Origin: Octopus sinensis | Taxonomy: Eukaryota | Direction: 5' to 3' | Length of the DNA: 64,000 nt | Assembly (NCBI RefSeq): GCF_006345805.1 | Contig: NC_042999.1 | Coordinates: 44,516,001-44,580,000, forward strand | Part shown: one piece after another, positions 60,080 through 64,000 of the stretch | Layout of the letters: the number at the start of each line of letters is the position of its first letter | Numbering within the stretch: the first letter of the stretch is position 1 | The notes under the pieces: generated by a model | The model's database searches: none | Seen by the model: the letters and a program-made list of their open reading frames with translations, nothing else | What the model was told of the DNA's origin: nothing | Position numbers and translations under genes: made by a program

Positions 60080-60247
60080 GTAATAATAGATTCTTGATTG
60101 TTGGAGGCAGTGAGGAAAATTTACCTCTTAATGTTTGTTATTGAATATATTTGAATATCAATTTCTTAAAATTTATCATCGTATTAAGTTTGAATGTTTG
60201 TGGAAACTTTTTGAAACTTATTGCTATATATATTTATAAATTTGCAG

Positions 60248-60400
60248 TGAAGCACCAAAGAGTGCTGTGACTGTTAGATCTAAAATGCATGTAAGTCCAG
60301 AAAAACGAAAAATCCCTGGATCTCAGCCTACTGGGGGATTGCCTTCAAAACAACCCCCTCTTCTAGATAGGGGTCGAAGAAAGGAACGTGTATCTCCACG
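60248..60400 (+). CDS. ZC3H18: ZC3H18 exon (EAPKSAVTVRSKMHVSPEKRK...RRKERVSP)
   Basis: TTTGCAG|T ... CG|GTAACT; RRKER motif as in vertebrates; frame-consistent. Confidence 0.85.
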
Positions 60401-60640
60401 GTAACTACTTTTTAAAAAAAATTTTTTAAAGCAAAATACACATTTTTAATTTCATATTTTTGTGAGAATTTTGATTCTGGAACTATTCTTGATTATTTAT
60501 TCCAATCAGAGTAGATAAACTACTTTATTATTTTTTTATAATATAATTACTTGGACTTCATCACAAAATAGGACCCAAAGAATTTGTAATATATTTTATT
60601 TTATCTTGCTTGTTAACTATTTTTGATTATTATCTTCTAG

Positions 60641-60909
60641 ACTCACCCGGAGCTGGAGTGGCAGTTCAAGTGGCAGTAGTTTATCACATTCACTGTCCAG
60701 ATCTCACTCTTTATCCCGTTCAAGATCCCGTTCACAAAGTCGGTCTTCATCATCATCCTTTTCACGGTCTCGCAGTGCTAGTAGCATTTCATCTCTTAGC
60801 AGTACAGGTTCATCAAGTTCTAGTGGAAGTGCTGATTCAGAGCATCTTTACCGTGATATTGCCAGTCCAGCAAGTTCCCGTGGCAAATCACCTTCACACA
60901 GACTTAAAG
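60641..60909 (+). CDS. ZC3H18: ZC3H18 exon, RS/serine-rich (...SADSEHLYRDIASPASSRGKSPSHRLK)
   Basis: TTCTAG|A ... G|GTAAGC; matches SVDSEDMYADLASPVSS. Confidence 0.92.
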
Positions 60910-60943
60910 GTAAGCAATGTAACTATTGAAAGAAACGTATTCT

Positions 60944-61169
60944 TATTTCTTTATTGCCCACAAGGGACTAAACATAGAGGGGACAAACAAGGACAGACAA
61001 AGAGATTAAGTCGATTACATCGACCCCAGTACACAACTAGTACTTAATTTATCGACCCCGAAAGGATGAAAGGCAAAGTCGACCTTGGTGGAATTTGATT
61101 TCAACGTAATGGCAGACGAAATACCGTTAAGCATTTCATCCGGCGTGCTAACGTTTCTGCCAGCTCGCC
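60944..61169 (-). mobile_element. Family D SINE with an 18-bp target-site duplication
   Basis: TTGAAAGAAACGTATTCT at 60926-60943 and 61170-61187; tRNA-like head GGCGAGCTGGCAGAAACGTTAGC. Confidence 0.88.
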
Positions 61170-61297
61170 TTGAAAGAAACGTATTCTAGCTGGTTGGTAA
61201 TCAATCAGAATAAGTTGCACTTATTCTTTAAGGTACCTACTTCTTGTTTACAAGCTATCTAATGTGCAACCATTCTGTTTGTTAAGAGGATCTAAAA

Positions 61298-61549
61298 CAG
61301 TAGTTCTCAACTGGGGTCTCTATGACCCTTGGGAATCCATGTAAGATTTTGATGTTAAAATATATGTACAATAAATTGGTTATACTTCTGCAACATAAAA
61401 GCCATCTTAACATTTCTATATACAATTTCTAATAATATTTAATTATAAAAATACAATAGGATTTTTTAAACATTGAATGTCTATGAGAGTTCATCCAAGT
61501 ATAATAGGAATCAAGAGGACCCAAGGTAAAAAATGGTTGATGGCCACAG
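61298..61549. mobile_element. hAT (Charlie-type) MITE, degenerate
   Basis: CAGTAGTTCTCAAC left TIR; TSD ATCTAAAA / ATCTAAAC; degenerate right TIR. Confidence 0.65.
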
Positions 61550-61764
61550 ATCTAAACTAATTTAATCATGTGGCTTGCAATCAAGTAATTTCATTAGTGT
61601 TTCATATAGAAAATTATAAGTTTACTTACCACATTGATAATATTATTCATATGTGTGGCACCTTGGGCAAGTGTCTTCTACTATAGCCTTGGGCCTGCAA
61701 AAGCCTTGTGAGTGGATTTGGTAGATGGAAACTGAAAGAAGCCCGTCGTGTATATATATATATA

Positions 61765-63020
61765 TATATATTTGTAAAAAATGAAGTTTGAAAATGCTGC
61801 TATATTAGACAAATTTTAATTTTTATATATACATTATTTATTTAACATGTTTCGGTTCTTGAAATGACGAACCTTATCAAAAAAAATTATATATAAAAAA
61901 GATAGTTCATGCTATCAAATATAAAAAATTCATATATAATATTCATTAGAGTCAGACATAAAAAATTCATATATAGTAAAGCGAGTCCATGCTATATGTT
62001 TAAAGAGTATGATGTAGTAGTTCATAGTGGTGATATGCATTCAATATAAAAAATTCATGTTCTTGAAAAAGCAAGGAATTCATTTTAGATTTTACCTTGT
62101 GTTCCAATGGGAGCAACTGTAATGACTTTTGGTTGGTGTCTGTTCGTATAGTTTTGGTGAATCTTGTGAATTGTTTGGGTTTTATATCAGTTCAGCTTAG
62201 CTGTCTCACTTGCATTTTTCACTGACGTCATATAGTTCCCAACCAGTCAAAACTCAGTCTCAACGAATATATCCTGTTAGGAAACCAACCAAGCATAAAT
62301 CTAAGTCCTTCTATTATAAGGTCTTTGTTTATGCTGGACTAGCCACCTAACGAGATGATTGGTCAAAACATTGATGACGTCTCGTTCCGCTGGACTAGCC
62401 ACCTAACAGGATACAGTCATGGGTCAGATCTAATTTCAATCCGTCAAAAACAAGGATGACATATTTCTTCTGTGGCCAAACTTTCATTCTGCTTGGTTGG
62501 TTTCCTAACAGGATATGTTCGTTGAGACTGAGTTTTGATTGGTTGGGAACTATACGACGTCAGTGAAAAATGCAAGTGAGACAGCTAAGCTGAACTGATA
62601 TAAAACCCAAACAATTCACAAGATTCACCAAAACTATACGAACAGACACCAACCAAAAGTCATTACAGTTGCTCCCATTGGAACACAAAGTAAAATCTAA
62701 AATGAATTCCTCGCTTTTTCAAGAACATGAATTTTTTATATTGAATGCATATCACCACTATGAACTACTACATCATACTCTTTAAACATATAGCATGGAC
62801 TCGCTTTACTATATATGAATTTTTTATGTCTGACTCTAATGAATATTATATATGAATTTTTTATATTTGATAGCATGAACTATCTTTTTTATATATAATT
62901 TTTTTTGATAAGGTTCGTCATTTCAAGAACCGAAACATGTTAAATAAATAATGTATATATAAAAATTAAAATTTGTCTAATATAGCAGCATTTTCAAACT
63001 TCATTTTTTACAAATATATA
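61765..63020. repeat. Long inverted repeat (531-bp arms, 194-bp spacer) inserted in the (TA)n of a family A SINE (61652-63270)
   Basis: 61765-62295 is the reverse complement of 62490-63020 with no net indel and about 5 substitutions seen; SINE halves lie on either side. Confidence 0.95.
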
Positions 63021-63051
63021 CCCACTCATATACGAGCTAATCTTATTATAA

Positions 63052-63085
<34 letters not shown>

Positions 63086-63473
63086 ATGTATATGTTTGTG
63101 TGTCTGAGTTTGTCTCCCCAACATCGCTTGACAACCGATGTTGGTGTGTTTACGTCTCTGTAACTTAGTGGTTCCGCAAAAGAGACCGATAGAATAAGTA
63201 CTATGCTTACAAAGAATAACTCCTGTGGTCGATTTGCTCGGCTTAAGGTAGTGCTTCAGTATGGCCACTGGAACATGTAAAGAGTATGCCTGTTGTATGT
63301 TTTAAAATAAATCTTTTGAATTCCAAGCTGTGTTCTAACTCTGTTGATTTTTAATCCTTTAAAAAAAAAATTGGTAGCAAGTAATTTTTTTCGTTTTTTT
63401 TTTAAACAAGGATAATATGTTATCTCTTCAGTGATTGAACTAATTATTTTACTTTCATTGTTATTATTCTCAG

Positions 63474-63853
63474 AGAAAGAAAGAAGCCGTCAAAAAATAG
63501 TACGAAGTAGTAAGCCATCAAATAGTCAAATCTCATCAAAACCACATACTGGCCAGCCTGTGCCGTCAAAAACTCAAAAGCCAGAAAGTAGGCAAGGTGG
63601 GCAACAACAACAACAACAGCAACAACAACAACAACAACAGCAGCAGCAGCAGCAACAGCAACAACAACAGCAACAACCTCATCACCACCACCACCATCAT
63701 CACCATCATCATGCTGCAGCAGATTCATCTGCTACCACAAGAACCACAAGTACAGGGCCACCTAGTAGTACTTCAGTTTTACCCAGCAAAACTAAAGATC
63801 CCTTAAAAATTGTTGGACAGAAATCTAACATCAAACTAACTCTCATCAGCAAG
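63474..63853 (+). CDS. ZC3H18: ZC3H18 exon with Q25-P-H11 tract, ending IKLTLISK; gene continues beyond the window
   Basis: TTCTCAG|AG ... AAG|GTAATC; conserved IKLTL(L/I)(N/S)K motif. Confidence 0.9.
63602..63712 (+). repeat. ZC3H18: Coding CAA/CAG (Q25) and CAT/CAC (H11) tracts
   Basis: In-frame within the exon at 63474-63853. Confidence 0.95.
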
Positions 63854-64000
63854 GTAATCTCCTCTCTTATTTTCCCTCTGTGTAGTTAAGAAGTTCATTT
63901 TTTCAAATATGTGTTGGGTTCAGTCCCTCTACTTTGATTGTAGTTCTGACCATACCAAATCCTTGTGAATGAATTTGGTAGATGAAAAAATAAGAAGATT

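Noticed and set aside
63444-63806. Alternative-frame ORFs (poly-N/S, poly-V/A)
   Set aside because: Other reading frames of the polyQ/polyH codon repeats.

Overview
Eukaryotic, AT-rich, repeat-dense genomic DNA. The repeat families (RTE LINE 3' ends with (GAT)n tails, tRNA-derived SINEs with internal (TA)n/(TG)n, kb-scale microsatellites) look like an octopus (coleoid cephalopod) genome; this assignment is from pattern recognition, not a search. Two spliced genes sit head-to-head across about 220 bp at 22.46-22.69 kb. On the minus strand is CTNNBL1 (beta-catenin-like 1, PRP19/CDC5L spliceosomal complex): coding exons 1-7 reconstructed in frame, with the gene continuing off the left edge. Its intron 4 (7021-8613) is a minor-spliceosome U12-type AT-AC intron. 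On the plus strand is ZC3H18 (CCCH zinc-finger adaptor of CBC-ARS2/NEXT): a probable non-coding first exon, a 16.9-kb first intron and 15 in-frame coding exons, continuing off the right edge. The introns hold piggyBac, Tc1/mariner and hAT derivatives, RTE, R4-like and Penelope-like retroelement fragments, several SINE families, nested insertions and large palindromes. The most notable unexplained signal is a set of four minimal type-I hammerhead-ribozyme-like motifs (615-660, 26894-27020, 31749-31783, 62902-62944 with its mirror copy). They sit in small non-coding repeats, mostly (TA)n-associated, alongside a decayed Penelope-type GIY-YIG fragment (32.7-33.4 kb) and a ~99%-identical 531-bp-arm inverted repeat in a ZC3H18 intron. 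No prokaryotic features, CRISPR arrays, rRNA or true tRNA genes were seen. Most listed six-frame ORFs are repeat artefacts. Exon coordinates were counted by hand and are frame-consistent; repeat boundaries are approximate unless a TSD/TIR is stated.
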